Shown: positions 12,438 through 26,149, counted from the stretch's first letter. The stretch: DNA of 64,000 nt from Camelus dromedarius (GCF_036321535.1 NC_087437.1:87360001-87424000), one strand, 5' to 3'. Notes: generated from the sequence alone by a model not told the origin. Numbers and translations: made by a program.

Positions 12438-14850
12438 AGTATATATTCAGCCAGTCTGTGTCTTTTGGTTAAACCATTCAGTCTATTTACATTTAAAGTA
12501 ATTATCAATACTTATGATCTTATTGCCATTTTGTTAATTGTTTGCTTTGTTTCTGCAGGTCTTTTTTCTTCCTTTTCTTCTTTTGTTCTCTTTTCTTGTG
12601 ATTTGGTGACTCTCTTTAATGTTATGTCTGGGTTCCTTTTTCTTTTTTGTGTGTATATGCATTAGAGATACTTGGTTTTCAGTTACCATGAGGCTTTGGT
12701 ATAGCAGTCTGTATATTTATGTGATTGCTCTAAGTTTCTTTTCTCTTAATTTGAAATGCATTTTAAATACCCTGCATTTGTAATCTCCTCCCCTCATGAC
12801 TATTATTTTGTATATTATATTTTACATCTAATTGTTTTGTGTATCCTTCAGCTGTTTTTTTTTTTTCCTTGTGGATATAGATGATCTTACTACTTTTATC
12901 TTTTAATCTCCCTGTTCGTGTGTGGATGAGTTCCTACCTTTACTGTATGTGTGGCTTTACCAGTGAGCTTTTCCATTTCATAATTTTCTTGTTTCTAGTT
13001 GTGGCCTTTTCTTTGTAAAGAAGTTCCTTTAACTTTTGTTGAAAAGCTGGTATAGTGGTGCTGAACTCTTTTCACTTTAACTTGTCCGTAAAGCTTTTGA
13101 TTTCTTACTCAAATCTGAACAAAAGCCTTGCTGTGTAGAGTATTCTTGGTTATAGATTTTTCCCTTTCATCACTCCCTTCTGGCCTGTAGAGTTTCTGCT
13201 GGGAAAAACAGCTGGTAATCCTATGGGACTTCCTTTGTATGTTATCTGTTGCTTTTCCCTTGTTGTTTTTGATATTGTTCCTTTATGTTTATTTTTTGTT
13301 ATTTTAATTGCAGTGTGTTTTGGTGTGTTCCTCTTACGGTTAATTCTATATGAGATTCTTTGTGCTTCAGGACTTGGGTGACTGTTCCCATTCCCAGGTT
13401 AGGGAAGTTTTCAGCTATTATCTCATCAAATATTTTATCAGGCCCTTTCTCTCTCTCTTCTCCTTCTGGTACCCATATAATGTGAATATTAATTGGTTTA
13501 ATGTTGTTCCAGAGGTCTCTTTAACTGTCCTCATTTCTTTTCATTCTTTTTATTTTTCTGTTTTGTAATAATGATTTCTGTCACTCTGTCTTTTAGCTCA
13601 CTGATCCGTTCTTCTGCTTCATTAAATCTACTTGATTCCTTCTAATGTATTTTTCATTTCAGTTACTGTATTCTTCAACTTTGTTTCATTGTTTTTAATA
13701 TTTTCTAACCCTTTTAAAAACTTCTAACTTTTCTCTCTGTGCATCCATTCATCTCCCTAGTTCTTTGATCATCTTTATGATCATTACTTTGAACTCTGTC
13801 TTAGGTAGATTGCCTATCTCCACATCACTTAGTTCTTTCTCTGGGATTTCCTTATTCCTTTGTTTGAAACATATTCTTCTGCCACCTCATTTTGTCTAAA
13901 TTTCTATTTGTATTTTTATGGCTGTGGTAGGTTAGTTATGTTTCTCAACTTTGAATAATAACCCTCCATAAGAGACATCATGCATCCCAACAGTGCACTC
14001 CCTTCTTATCATCCAAGGGCTGGGGGCAGCTGGTCCTGGAGTAGGGTCTGGGCTGTGTTTGTGACTCCTCTGGCATGCTGCAGTATCATTGTTTTCTTAC
14101 TTCTGGTGTCTGTCCCCAGTGGGTAAGGCTGGTCTAGAGGCTTGTACAGGCTTCCTGGTGGGAGGGGCCAATGCCTGCCCACTGGTGGGTGGGGCTGGAT
14201 CTTGGTGTTAGTGACCCAAACAGCCTACAGGAGAGTTCATGCAAATTATTACTTCCCAATATGTCTGCCACCATGTCTATGTCCCCAGAGTGAGCCACAG
14301 CCACCCCTTTCCTCCCCAGGAGACTGTTCAAGACCAGCAGATAGGTCAGGCCCACGCTCCAATGAAATCACTGCTTTTGCCCTACATCCTGGTGAGCATG
14401 AGATGTCTGCATCCTTTAAGTGTGAAGTCTCTATTTCCCTCAGTCCTGTGGAGCTCCTTCAATTTAACCCTGCTGACCTTCAAACCCAAATATGCTAGGA
14501 ACTCTTCTGGGTGGGTGCTGGACCCCAGGCTGGGAAGCCTGACATGGGGCTCAGAATTCTCACTTCTATGAGGAAATTCTGCAATATAATTATTCTTCAG
14601 CTTGTGGGTGGCCCAGCCAGGGAATACTGGACCTGATTACATTGCAAGTCCATCCCTCCTACCCATCTCATTTGTGGTTCTTTCTTTATGTCTTTAGTTA
14701 TGAAATATATTTTCTGGTAGGTTGCAGTCTTTTTTACTGATGGTTGTTCTGCAGTTAGTTGTGGTTTTGGTGTGTTCATGAGAGGAGGTAAGTTCAGGCT
14801 CCTTCTACTCCACCATCTTAGCTGCCAACCTCCACTTATGTACAAATTTT

Positions 14851-15850
14851 TATTGGTTTATTTGTTTTAGAAAACAAATCTTTCCTTTAAATTGGTAAGT
14901 TTATCCCTTTTATACATTTTTATTTTGTTTAGTTACAATAGTTGCCACATCAGAATTTTACTGTTTTGACTAGTATCTTAGTTGTATAAATTATATAAAG
15001 ATTTGTTTTCAGGTAATATGTCTCCAAATTCCAGACAATCTGAGAATATCTTTTTTGTTTCTTTTACACATTAATGGTTAGCTAGCTTTGAATGGAAATG
15101 GAATGAAAATTCTATTCACTCTCCTTTTCCTTGGAAACATTATAAACTTGACTCCAATCCATAATGATTGCCTTAAAGAAGTATGAGGGTCTCCTGATTT
15201 TTTTTTTTAATAGGTAACTTGCTTCTTTTGTGTGAATGCCTTTGGCATTATTATTATTTTATCCCTATAATTCAATAATTTCAATAGGATATGTTTTGGT
15301 TTTGAATGTTCTCTGTTAACTTTTCTGGGAACAAAGTGAACCTTGTAAATGTGTAAATTCAGCTATTTTCTCATTTCAGGAAAGTATTATCTTTAATTTT
15401 TTTCCCCTGTTCTATTTTTTCTGCTCTCTGCATCAGGGAGGCTCCAATTTTCCATATGTTTATGTTATCAAAATCTAGCATTTATCCTCAAACCTACTTT
15501 TCTTACTTTGTCTTTGCTCTCTTCGTTCTAAGTGATAATCTCCAGGAAGAGATCTCATCGTTAGAAATGGTCTTTTTCCAATTCCTACTTTTATTTCTAC
15601 AGTATCCCTAATTACTGCAGTGGATCCTATTTTCTCATTTTGTTTTCTGACTACTATTTCTCCTACAAGCTCCTCTTTTTACTGATTATCTCATCACTAA
15701 TCTCTTTTCCCATAGATCCCATGCTCTACTTGATTTAGTACTTGATGCATTTGTTTTCTATTTTTTTTCCCTGTTTCTGTTCACTCCAATGGTCTTCTTC
15801 ATGTGTCTTTTGATTGTTGCCTTCCTTTCTTCAGTTTGTTTCTCTGTAGA
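14851..15850 (-). mobile_element. Ancient L1/HAL1 ORF1-region remnant, probably the continuation of the host element at ~7960-8469
   Basis: T-rich on plus, with old L1 ORF1 antisense-type motifs such as 'tgagaatatctt', 'taggtaacttgcttctttt' and 'atttcaggaaagtatt'. Confidence 0.55.
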
Positions 15851-16554
15851 GTATCTGTATAGTACCCAAGTGAATTCTCTATTTGCCTCCCTTTCTGACT
15901 CGGGACAGTTTTATGTAAAGTTATTTTTCAGAAATAGAGTGAGTTCCTCTCCATTTACCTGGATGGCCAGGTATGGGTAATTTGCATTGTTTATTTTTCT
16001 TTATTTCAGACACCTGAATGAGGTGAGATATGAGTTTGAGCTGTTTTTAAGAGGCTTTTATTTGATATTTTCTAGCTCTTTTTGTTGTTAAGGGACAAAC
16101 TGCCCATTCAGCTCAAACCTAGTCCATAAGGGGACCCAAGGGATTCAGTGCATACACCCAGTGCAGAAAGAGTCATATTGGACTTTGGTAAAAGGTCTTT
16201 CACGTAAGGCTTTTTGATTTAACATGGACTGAGATCTTTCTTCCTTTATTTCTCCTCTTTTTATTATTTTTTCTCCACTAGTCAACTGGATTTTTCTGCC
16301 CCTCCCCACCACAGAATGGCCCTTGTTAAAATTATTAAAGAAGACAATTTAGGTGATACAAACTTTAATACTTCACGAAGTGTGCAGTTCTCTGAACTCT
16401 TGAGAGTAGAGATTGCCCACATCATAAAGTGTTAAATAAAATTTGTTTGAATTGTCAAATTGATCTCACATTAAGCTTTCTTTGGTAGACTGGATGCCAC
16501 TGAGCCTAGAAAACCATGTCAACAAACATACCTTAAACTTTTGGTTTCATATTC

Positions 16555-16830
16555 TTGTAAATGGCCCTTCTGCTCAGAAGTCAGATCACCTAGGTAACCA
16601 ATTGTAACACTGGTGACTCTCCCCCTGTTCCTTGATATCTCAAATAAAGCCAGATACTTAACCCTAGCCAATCAGATATTTTTATTCTTTCTCTTCCTTG
16701 TTCCTTATTCCTTATACTATAAAGACTTTCTGCCTTGTGCCCCTTTTTGCAGTTCTCCAAACTATTGAGTATGGAGACTACCCACTTCATGAAGTATTAA
16801 GTAAAGTTTGCTTGTAGCACCTTCTTTAGT
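16555..16830 (+). mobile_element. Probable ERV solo-LTR fragment
   Basis: Ordered CCAAT box (agccaatcaga), TATA-like 'tataaaga', R-like 'gcagttctcc...cccacttcatgaa' and a degenerate poly(A) signal. Confidence 0.45.
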
Positions 16831-17074
16831 CATTTTAGCAACCTAGAAGTTTATCACTGGGATCCTTTCTACTCTTTTTGTCCAGAAGAGAAAATCAACA
16901 ATCATAAAATTAGAAAGAATGAATCTAGATTTATCCCCTAATACTTGGGTGATACCAGCAAGATTTTTCATAGCTCTGTTAACTTTTGAGAAGAGAATGT
17001 CTGCAAGTGTCTGCTAGGGGATGTTTGTATCCTATAATTTCATGATTAAGAATAATGTCTTCATCTTGTCCCAT

Positions 17075-17200
17075 TCAGTTCAAATCCTAGGTGGACTCCA
17101 TGCTGTCTGTGAAAATGAGCAAGCTATTTAACCATTTACTTTACTTTTATCTGTAAAACTCTGTGAAATCAAAATACTCTACCTTCTAGGATTTTTGTTA
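17075..17200 (+). mobile_element. MIR fragment
   Basis: 'gttcaaatcctag...ctgtgaaaatgagcaagctatttaacc...atctgtaaaa'. Confidence 0.7.
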
Positions 17201-20200
17201 GGCCAAGATTTTAGAAAAAGTTATTTTGTTAGGCCAAAGTGACTTGGTATCTGGAAAGTGATTTGGTGTCTAATTTACTGATTAATCTGTAAATGATTCA
17301 GCAATAGGCACTAAAAAAAGGTATAATTTTCTTTGTAATGTCTGTTTACATACTTTACTTAATAGAGAGCTAGAGAATTATTGTACTGGGTGACACCTTT
17401 AAAATACTCTTTATATTCACATGCATATTCAATGGTAGATTATGTTATAAAAGGTAGAAATGACATTGTGTTTAATTTGAAAAGACATAACCGCAGATGA
17501 AATAATGAAACATTCCCAAGAAGAGTAGTAGGATGTCATTGCATACAATCTATGTGATTGGATTTCTTTGGGTTATTGTTATCTACACTGTGAATATCCA
17601 GGTGCATCTAATAGAAATGTTCATTTTTCTGCTCATTATTCAGCACCTGCTAAGGTGTATCTGTTTTCTTGAATAGCATAAAATGAATTAAAGTAACATG
17701 AATACAATGTTATTTCTACCATATAATTCAACTTTCAGGGTATTTGAAAGGACTATGCGTCATTTATGTTTCCTTTCTTTATGGATGATTGTTGTAATGA
17801 CACCATTGTTTAAGATGTGGTTTTTCTAAATTGTTCCTTGGATACATGATTACTATTTCCCACCATCAGTTTTCCACGGTGATAAAATATAGTGTACATA
17901 CTTTCCTGAGCCAGAATTGATTTTTACAAATGGGTTTGGTTTAACAACCCAATCAGCTTTGTTAATATTTCACTTTGTAACTGTTCAATAGGCAGTCTAT
18001 TTAGATGAAATGCCACAATCAAGCATGTTATAAAGACTTCACTTTAGTAAATGAAATGGGAAATATATGTTACAGTCTTTCAACAAGGATGACAATCTTT
18101 TTATAGTACCCTTAAGAAAGCTGGTCTTTTTAAGTTTAACATTAATGTCATCTATAAGTGAATACAGATTGGAATATAGTCTCTTAGTTATGTGGCCAAA
18201 TATTTTAATATTCTTACTGCACTTTTTAAACATGGTGTGGATAGCATAATAATACAGAATGCAGTGTACTCACATATAGAGAGGCAGAACATGAACTTCA
18301 GCATACTTTTATAAATCAATAACTTAATCATGTGTAAAAACCCACTATTACATACCTTACTGTTTTAATTTCCCTTGAGGCTGCTGTTTAAACTACAAGA
18401 ACTTCTCAGATTTTTTTTTCTTGATTTGATTCTTTAATGTCATCTTGCCACATTACACTGGTTTAAATGATATGAAACTATTTTTCTTGAACTCTGTGTT
18501 GTAAAATATGAAAGCAATTTCTTGAAATTATAATCCTCAAACTGATAAACATGTTATATATTTCCTAACCAGGACTTCTTTTTAAAGTACCTTCTAGAAA
18601 ATATAATAGTATAACTGGTTCAAGAATAATCAATACTTTTATCTTAAAAAAAAATCTAGTTTCAAACAAATCATTTGAACAGCTACTGATTTAGTTAAAA
18701 AAAGGTCAGCTTAATTTTTCTAAAAACCTATTTTGAAATGATGCAATTCATATGTAGAAGCCAGAAGTTATTAAAATAACATATTAGCATAAATATGTTA
18801 TAAATTAGAATGTAAATATATTCTATTTTTTAAATAGATTTGGATTTAAATTAAGTGTAATGGAAACTATAGACAGGATAATTTGTTTCCATCATCATAA
18901 ACCTGCAACCTGTATGTCTTTAAACACACACTCACAATTCACTCACACACATATATAAACATTTAAATGCAATTTATATGCATGGAAATATACAGACGAA
19001 AAGTAATACCTTATATGTTTGTTTTTTATTGGTCAATGGCATATTATGGTTGAAAAATATTAAATTTTCAGCTTCCTGGTATAATATATTTAAAAAATAC
19101 TTACAGATTCTGCCTTTCTAATAAAATGACACTTTCCAAAAAATAAAAAAGAAACATCTGGGACACGTTTGAGATATTGTCATATACTTCTGAGATGCTG
19201 ATTTGGAACATCACTAACTTCAGAAGAAACTTTACGCTCAGTCTGCATAGCTGGAAGAGAAAAGAGAAACTGGCCTCTTCCCAAAATGGCCCTCATACAA
19301 TCACTTGTAATCTTGGAGGGTGCTGTCAAAATTTGTGAGTAAGAACACAGAATAAGCAACAAAAAAATATGAATGACTTTAATTCACATTATGAATATAG
19401 ACATAGAAGACATTTTCTAAACCTACCAGAACTGAGAAAACCTCCTTTCATCCCCCTGCCTTTTTTATTGCTGTCCTCTTTTTGACACTGTTCTAGGTTT
19501 TTTAAAATTACTATTTTTGTATTTTAGTTAACAGTATTTTAGCTAAGTCTATTTTTGTTTATTGTTTCTGCATTAATCATCCCTACTAAGTTGTGAACAA
19601 CTTGCCAAGAGGGACTTGGTCTAATTCATTTTTGAATCGTTTCACATGCATGTTTGCAAGTATTAACACAGTACATTTGTTAGAAAAAAATTGAGGCAAG
19701 AAATTGGCCACTTTTTATTTTGCCTTTTCTTGTTGTGTTCTCTTTATTCATGGTTATAAACATTTCTGAGCAGAATTTGCCTCCATTTGTAAAATAGTTT
19801 GACCAAATAAACAAGTCAACTTGTTTCTGGATTGAGCCTACACTTCCACCTTAGAAAATGGGGGGAAAAAAAGATTCTTTAATTACAACCTCCTGAACAT
19901 TTGCTCTCTTGAATCTTAGCTGATCCCAAAATAAATGCTAATTTGGGCAGATGCTAATTAACAGGTTCAGTTAAGTGATTTCCTTTATCAGCCTTGATTC
20001 ACATTTTAGTAACTAAAATTCACTGTAAATTTTAGTGATCTATTCAGAAACTTTGCTTGGATTTAAATAATTTTTGTTGCTGAGCAAGAGATAAAATTGC
20101 ATTGTCTTTTGTGATGCTTTAAGCCACCTAGGTAGTTTTCATTAAAGTTAAAATTTTATTGAAAGTACATATTTCTGCATTCTTTGGAATATAAGCTCAG

Positions 20201-21355
20201 TATTTGATCTGAGTATGTAGTTGCTACTGGAAGTGTGGATTTATAAGCTAAGAATAACTGCCACTCTCCTGTACTTCTCACCGTGCCTTTGAAAACTCAG
20301 GACTGCTGTTATAAACTCCAGTGATTCCTCACACAGGGGACCTGCTATAGGTTTTATTCATTCCTTTTGTCAAATTGCATATGTTTGCATTTTTCCTGGA
20401 CATGTCCTAAAATGGTTAAGTTAAATAACACTTGTCACCAGACAGTAAGTACTAATTCAATTTGAGTCTCACAACTGAGAATTGAGTGTTCCATTAAGAG
20501 ATTTATTTTGAAGAGCTCACCAAGCCTGGTCTTGTTCCACTACATGTTTTCTATTGCCTTTTATATAAAAGGACTTTTATATAGAATCCCTTTCTATCTA
20601 CTTGGTATGAGGCAGCAACCTTGGTATACAGTGTTATGTCTCCTGGCTGGAGTTCACTTTCTAATTTCTTTGAGTTTCAGGAAAGTGTTGTAGCATTTTG
20701 ACGTTTAGTTTGGAGTTTGAAATTGCAACAAGAAGGATGAGATAGGAAAGTCTGTGCTGTATCCTCAGGTGAGGGAGTCAACAGGAGCAGATTGTATCAT
20801 AGGAGCTTAGTATCAAAGGTTGTTTCATGGCAATGTAAGTATAAATGTTACACTTGTACAACCTTTGACTTCAAAGATCTGGAAGACTTTTTTAAAGTGT
20901 GATGGATACTCTGCTAGTAACCTCAGTTTTCATCTTCAGATTTAACTCTTGTGTTATTCCACACTGGGATGTCAAAGTTTGGGCCACATGTTTTAGCCAT
21001 CCTAATCGTATTTTCATCTTGGTCTTGTTCTCATCTACTCCCTGACATTTCTAGCTTCTCCATTTTCCTTCAGACAAGACTGCATGGTGTGGCCTAACCA
21101 ATTATTGACAAATTCATTGTGAAATATATTATTACTGAATGAAACTTTTTTTTAAAAAAGCATACGAAGTTAAACACACACACATACACAATACCTTCCA
21201 TATACCTCAGTGGTAATATTTACTTATTTTCCTATTTTAAACAGAGTGTAAGGTTCTAGGGAGTAGAGTACAACATTCTATTCATTGTAGAGTTCCCAAT
21301 CAATGCTCATTGCTAGGCAACAAAATAAAATTCATAAAACATTTGTTAATTAAGT

Positions 21356-21572
21356 CAGTTGTTTCCAGCCTGGGATTAATTTGTCCCCAAAGGGATATTT
21401 GGCAGCGTTTAGAAACATTTTTGGTTGTTGCTGATAAGAGGGATTGCTGCTGGCACCCAGTGAGTGAAGCCAGTGGTGCTACTAAGCATTCTACGGTGCA
21501 AAACACAGCCTATCTGCAACAGAGAATTATCCGGTCCCAAATATCATTACTGCCTAGATTTATAAAAAACTA
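21356..21572 (+). mobile_element. MER20 (hAT-Charlie MITE)
   Basis: Collinear with the MER20 consensus: cagttgtttccagcc..gggatatttggca..acatttttggttgt..gctgctggcacccagtgagtgaagccag..gaattatccggtcccaaatatca. Confidence 0.9.
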
Positions 21573-22911
21573 TAAATTAAATTGTATGTTCATATTGCTG
21601 AGAAATTCAACTTTTGCCCAAATATACTTACAATTTTTGTAAATTACCATCATCAGTTCAATGACTATATCCAGAACAGTGTAGGTAGGATTTGTGATAT
21701 GAAAAAATATTGACTTCTGAACTGGAATTTTTAAATAATTTTAATTTATGAAGCGACTGAATTCCTTTTCTAGCAGTTTAGAGCTAATAGAAAATGCCGT
21801 CTTGAACTTGTCTGTCCTCTGGGTAGTAGTTGGTAATTGTCTATGTCTGGCTAGTTCAACCTGTTAGAACAGAATGCAGATGAAGTTAATAATGCTTTGT
21901 AGCAACTTGGTCTTAATTTGTTCTACAGCCACAGAAGTATCTGTTCCTTATCTTGACCTGGCTTAAGTGCCATTGATCACAACAGGCAGGGATCAAAAGA
22001 AGGTGAATAGCTTCTTTTTAAACTATCATCACCATTGTGTCAACAGCCTCAGCAGCAGCCCCTCCTGCCAGCAGGTCAGCATCAATGTCTTTATTCTGGA
22101 AGGACAGCTCATAAATTAAGCAGCTGACCTTTATGTCAGTCAATCAACGCTGGGTCATCCAGGACTGCCAAAACCATTAACTTTGAGCAATGGCCACTAC
22201 ACCAAAGCACAAATGCAGTATTTATAAACTGTATTTTGTTGTCTTTGCCAAAATCTCAATGACACTGTCTAATTCTCAATTTTTTTCCATCCACTAAAAG
22301 GTAGGAAATGATAATCAATAGCCTAGAACATTATCTGTGAAAAATTCAATGACTCAGAAGTTGAAGGTTATACAGAATAAAAATCCCAAGCAACGTGCCC
22401 ATTTTACAATTTTCTGGATCAGAGAACTACAAAAAAATTAGAGCTATGAAGAATTCAGTGGTACTTTTTCCGTTCACTTACTGCATAAAGAAACCAGGCT
22501 CCAAGAAACCAAACAACTTCTACCAGGTCATACAAATAGAGGACCATCTTGAGTAACTCTAGCTTCTCATGATCCAATTAAATGGTACCTGCCTTCTCTA
22601 ATAAGGCCTAAGTAACTGAGAATCTGAGTCAGCCAATATTTTATTTACAACTAAAATATGCAAGAAATGTTCCCACATTTTAGATGCTCTCTTCAACCTT
22701 GGCAAAATAAGAAGTAATGAGAACCTCAAATAATATTAGTACTGACATAAATAAAAATCCTATGTATATGCTTGAAAAAACTGGCTCATTTAACACAATT
22801 ACTGCAGACCTATAGAATACTTGGAGCATTTAGAGACACAAAGACAAATCAGGCACAGATGGAGCCCTAAGGGAGTTTACAGAGTACTGATCATATTAGG
22901 AAAGATGTTTG

Positions 22912-23300
22912 TGTAAGTCAGGATCTCACTAAGAAACAAAGGGTACACTCGTGCACTCAAGTTAGGACAACTTGAGAAGGACTTATTTATAGATGAATTT
23001 AATTCAAAGGTGGGGGCAGTGTATAAGGAAACATGAATATAGTGCAAGAACAGCACTCTAGGAGCAGGTACCAAGACTACCCTGAATGTAATGGGCAGGG
23101 GAGAAGTCATTTCTACCTGGAAGTAAAGAGAATCTTTAGAGTTGGCTGCCTTAAGAAGACCAGTGATTTGTTCTTGAGGAAGAGAGCTAGAGGAATTAAT
23201 AGGCTGAATTTACTGCTTGTTGTCTCTTCAGCTTCTGCCTGGGTTTTCCTTTGGCTAACTGCAACCAGAAACCAAGTGGATTTAGAGGAGCAGAAAGAGT
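22912..23300 (-). mobile_element. ERVL solo LTR (LTR40/41-like)
   Basis: Starts 'tgtaagtcagg...gaaacaaagggtacactc...caagttaggacaacttgagaagg...aaggtgggggcagtgtataaggaaac', as in LTR40-type antisense sequence. Confidence 0.6.
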
Positions 23301-23494
23301 ACTTGGCATGACTGATGTTCTTTCATAAATGCTTGAGGACTTCCTGTTTTTCTTTTTTCGTTAAAAATGAGTAGCAATGTAACATACTAGCTTGGTCAAC
23401 ACTATAACACCATTCAGATTCTTTTAAGAAGAATTTATAATTTATACTGTTATTTCCTGTCTATAGTCCTTAACTCTCACCTTCTTTGGGAACT

Positions 23495-25562
23495 GCCATG
23501 GCTACAGACAGCCATGTTCCCTAAAGTTATGTCCCCATGCAGGATGCCCCGTATTCAGTGATTGATCAGTGTGGGGCTAGAAAGATTAACCCACTTTCCC
23601 CCAATTCTGGACAACTATGAATAGTTATCCTAGCTTAATACTTCAGGTGGGATTGACTGAGGTTTCCACTGAGACTGTGTCAGGTCTCAGCTTCTTCCTC
23701 CGACCAGCCCTGCTTCCTTTACTTCCCTTCCCCAGGAGTTAATCTCAAGAGCACTCCCTAGTAAATCCCCTGTGTGGGGATTTCCATCTCAGAATCTGCT
23801 TCCTGAAAACCCCTCAGGGACAGCTGGTGTTAACAGTCATCTGGTGGACTAGAGATGGGCTTTTGGAACTGGATTACCTGCCTCTCGGCTGGCAATGACC
23901 ACATCACTGGTAGTAGGTGGAGTATAGATAGCTCCTGGCACAAAGTACCATTGTAACTGTTAAAACGTTTACCTGAGATGCTCTACTAGTAGAAGGGATT
24001 GCACTAGCTGATTTGATATATCAGGTGTGTGAGAAATAAAAAAAAAGTAAAATGTAGCTTAAGAACCTGTAATTGGATGCATATGCTAAACGTTACTGCT
24101 TTTGGAAAAGAAAAGGTTCAAAGTTATTAATTGACAGCTGAAAGCCAAGTGTGAAAGCTAGGGGGATTTTAAATACAGAAAGAGGCTTTTACTTCCTGCA
24201 GCTAGAGACAGAGAAAGCTGGGGGTTAGGCCTAGGACTTATTCATAGGAATAACAGACTTCCAAAGATGGTTTAACTATCAACCTAATCAGGTCTGCTAT
24301 GCTAAGGCCAAGGCCCTGATTAGCAAAGAACTTGACCTTGACACATGGGATGGGGACATCTGAGTTAATTGGATTTATAAACTTTGAATCCCCAAATCCC
24401 CCTGAACCCTCAAAGCTGAAGAAATGGTTTACTCCCTATTTAGGGATAGTAGTCCTACCTTGCTTGGAGATGGTGGAGAGGCTTCCCTCATACAAGTTAA
24501 CATACACCCCTCCTCAAGATCTGTCCTCAATTCCCCTTTTGGCCACTAGGATTAAGTCAGGACATAACCCAGCTGGAGATGTGCAAGGCCTGATAAGGGA
24601 GGAAATGGACAGTACCCCTAAAGGAGCTGAAGGAATTACTCAGCATGAATATGCCTGAGTTGGTAATCTGAGGGTGCTTGATCAAGGAGTGGGGCTGGGA
24701 AAAGAAAAGAGGCAAAAAAAAAAATCACCACATTGTCAAGGATAATTGACTGATCATCAGGAGTACCCAGTGGGTCTGCTGTTATTCAGTGGGGGAAGAG
24801 AGTATAATTCAAGTGTTATTCTTGGGGTTTCTTGACACTGCTTTGCCCGATTTTGTTAGTGAATGGACAAGTGCAACCACCCCTTCTTGATAAGGGTACA
24901 GTGACTAAGGGCTCGAACTTCTCATGAAGTAAGGTATGCATCATGCCCCCAAGACCAGAAAAAAATGCTAGTTGATGTTGGAGGGAATAGATGGAATGCA
25001 TAATAGTGAATGAAGGTAAAAGTGATATTTGTGGTGCCCATAACCATCTGTGTCAGTATTGTCTGTAATTTTTCTCACTAATCTACTTCATCCAAATTTC
25101 CTCAGTAAGGGAGGCTTACTAGAGCTCTGGGCTAACTGCTCCCTGAATTAAAAAAGAAACAGTTCCAAATGGTGTAAGGGGCAGGTGTCTCCCAGATTCC
25201 CCTTTAGGAATGAAGCTGCAAGAAGAGCTGCCAGTACATAGCTAGCCCTCATCTGCCAGCCCTATTTTGAGATGGCCTCCACTGAAGGCAGGTGTCTTGC
25301 CCAAAGTCATGTCTTCTTTCTGGGGAATTCCACATCTGATGGTTACCACAGGGCTGTAAGGGAATGGCTCTCTCACTCCAATTCAGGATTAATATAAAGG
25401 GTTATCCCAGCTTCAGCTGGTTTGATGACACCTCCATTGAGACAGCACCACTGCTCAGTTTCTCTGTCTCCTCAGTCTTGAGCCTGCGAGCTCTTCCTAA
25501 TAAAACTCTTGCCCTTTAATCGCATCTCAGAATCTTTTCCCAAGAGAACCTAACTTGCAATA
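23495..25562 (+). mobile_element. Internally deleted ERVL provirus: LTR16A-like 5' LTR (~23495-23822), HERV16/ERV3-16A3-type internal remnant, 3' LTR (~25185-25562)
   Basis: Two homologous LTRs share 'aaagttatgtc/aaagtcatgtc', 'ccaattctgga/ccaattcagga', 'gttatcctagctt/gttatcccagctt', 'tccactgagac/tccattgagac' and 'catctcagaatct'. A purine tract 'aaggggcagg' precedes the second LTR. Confidence 0.8.
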
Positions 25563-26149
25563 GCTAATGAGATGTATATTTGGTACCACTGAGTGGAAAT
25601 ACTATTATATATTGGATAGGTTTATACTTGCTAACCTGCATTGCTTTAAAATACTATATACTATTTTCACTTTTCATTTTCTCACAATGAATACTTAACA
25701 CCTAACTGCATTTTAATTTGTAATTTTTGGGGGGTTTACTTAATGGGGTATACTTGAATTTGTAGTTTTCGTATTGTATACGTGGAAAGTTTTGCTCATA
25801 TTGACAAATAAAGAATTAGAAAATTAGGGAAGTGAATATACTAATAATCTAGTTTATCTCTCTGCCAGCCTTTCTTACTATTCAAACAATCCTTAAATCA
25901 AAGAAAAAGTTTTTGTTTGCTTCAAAAACATCATAACTGAATTTCCAGTGGAAGAGCCAGAGTTGAACAGAAATGCTGTGGATAACATGGACAGAAAATT
26001 AGAATGAAACAAGCTAACTTAAAGTCCTATATAGTTATTTAGACTGGGGTTAACTGTTAGTGGTGAGTTCAGCCACATATTAAATATTTACCTCTTCCTA
26101 AGTTTGGCCTGTCCATTAATCTATAATTAGACCATCTATTTTGATTTAT

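Larger units (their letters stand above)
8808..12520 (-). pseudogene. L1 ORF2 (endonuclease/reverse transcriptase), disrupted
   Basis: Collinear ORF2 peptide fragments in the ORF track, with stops, frameshifts and apparent internal deletions (near ~9410 and ~11610). Confidence 0.9.
8485..14835 (-). mobile_element. Full-length decayed LINE-1 (cetartiodactyl-type) with 5'UTR, ORF1, spacer, ORF2 and 3'UTR
   Basis: The minus-strand 5' end reads GGAGGTTGGCAGCTAAGATGGTGGAGTAGAAGG. ORF2 fragments are [58 protein letters not shown] and AALF.IAKTWKQPKCPS. The 3'UTR reads 'tttattgaagtatagttga' on plus. TSD of about 15 bp: ttatgtataactttt (8470-8484) / ttatgtacaaatttt (14836-14850). Confidence 0.97.

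Noticed and set aside
12326..12508. Poly-glutamine protein ORF
   Set aside because: It is the L1 ORF2 N-terminus with a (CAA)17 microsatellite, and the frame shifts and stops shortly after.
20681..20768. Plus-strand exon-like segment (TTTCAG|...CAG|GTGAGG)
   Set aside because: Stops occur in all three frames and nothing else supports it; it illustrates the chance background of splice-like motifs.
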